Part shown: positions 63,901 through 64,000 of the stretch, piece after piece
Layout of the letters: each line of letters opens with the position of its first letter
Numbering within the stretch: position 1 is the stretch's first letter
The notes under the pieces: generated by a model
Told to the model about the DNA's origin: nothing
What the model saw: only the letters and a program-made list of their open reading frames with translations
Database searches by the model: none
Program-made: the position numbers and the translations under genes
Source: Psammoneis japonica
Lineage: Eukaryota
Length of the DNA stretch: 64,000 nucleotides
Assembly (NCBI GenBank): GCA_008632985.1
Contig: QPGO01000083.1
Coordinates: 285,075-349,074 of the forward strand
Direction of reading: 5' to 3'

Positions 63901-64000
63901 ATTCTCAAGCAGCAGGGGAAGAAAGTGAAGTTTGGCAAAGTCGATGATGACGACATTGATTTTGGGTGCAAAGAGAAGAAATCGCGGCGGCGTTGGAATG
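60965..64000. other. TpA-depleted hypermutated block, possibly a decayed DNA transposon
   Basis: Near absence of TA. Shares repeats with ~8030-8105 (at ~61325-61405) and with 47790-47910. Minus-strand CCASCTAGFSQCAHHCCVL (~62245-62300) resembles a SWIM zinc finger, weak evidence. Confidence 0.7.

Overview
Eukaryotic nuclear DNA, most likely a diatom (diatom-type Ty1/copia 'CoDi-like' elements, short GT-AG introns, intron-containing tRNA-Tyr). Ordinary genes include an ankyrin-like protein, two inverted copies of a C2-domain gene, an RBBP5/Swd1-like WD40 protein, secreted proteins, an M12B-like metalloprotease, a BCS1-like AAA ATPase, an HD-domain protein and a SERCA-type Ca2+-ATPase. These alternate with sharply bounded blocks, about half of the window, from which TpA has almost disappeared. 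Internal comparisons (the two LTRs of one intact-ended insertion, two copia copies, a tandem duplication and decayed copies of host genes) show TpA converted to TpG or CpA, i.e. A:T->G:C transitions on either strand after insertion. Conserved Tyr codons become Cys/His while CpG is initially spared. This looks like a transposon-directed, RIP-like DNA hypermutation system running in the opposite direction to fungal RIP, and I am not aware of a description of it. The responsible enzyme is not identifiable in this window, and a modified-base basecalling artefact must be excluded. All counts and alignments were made by eye.
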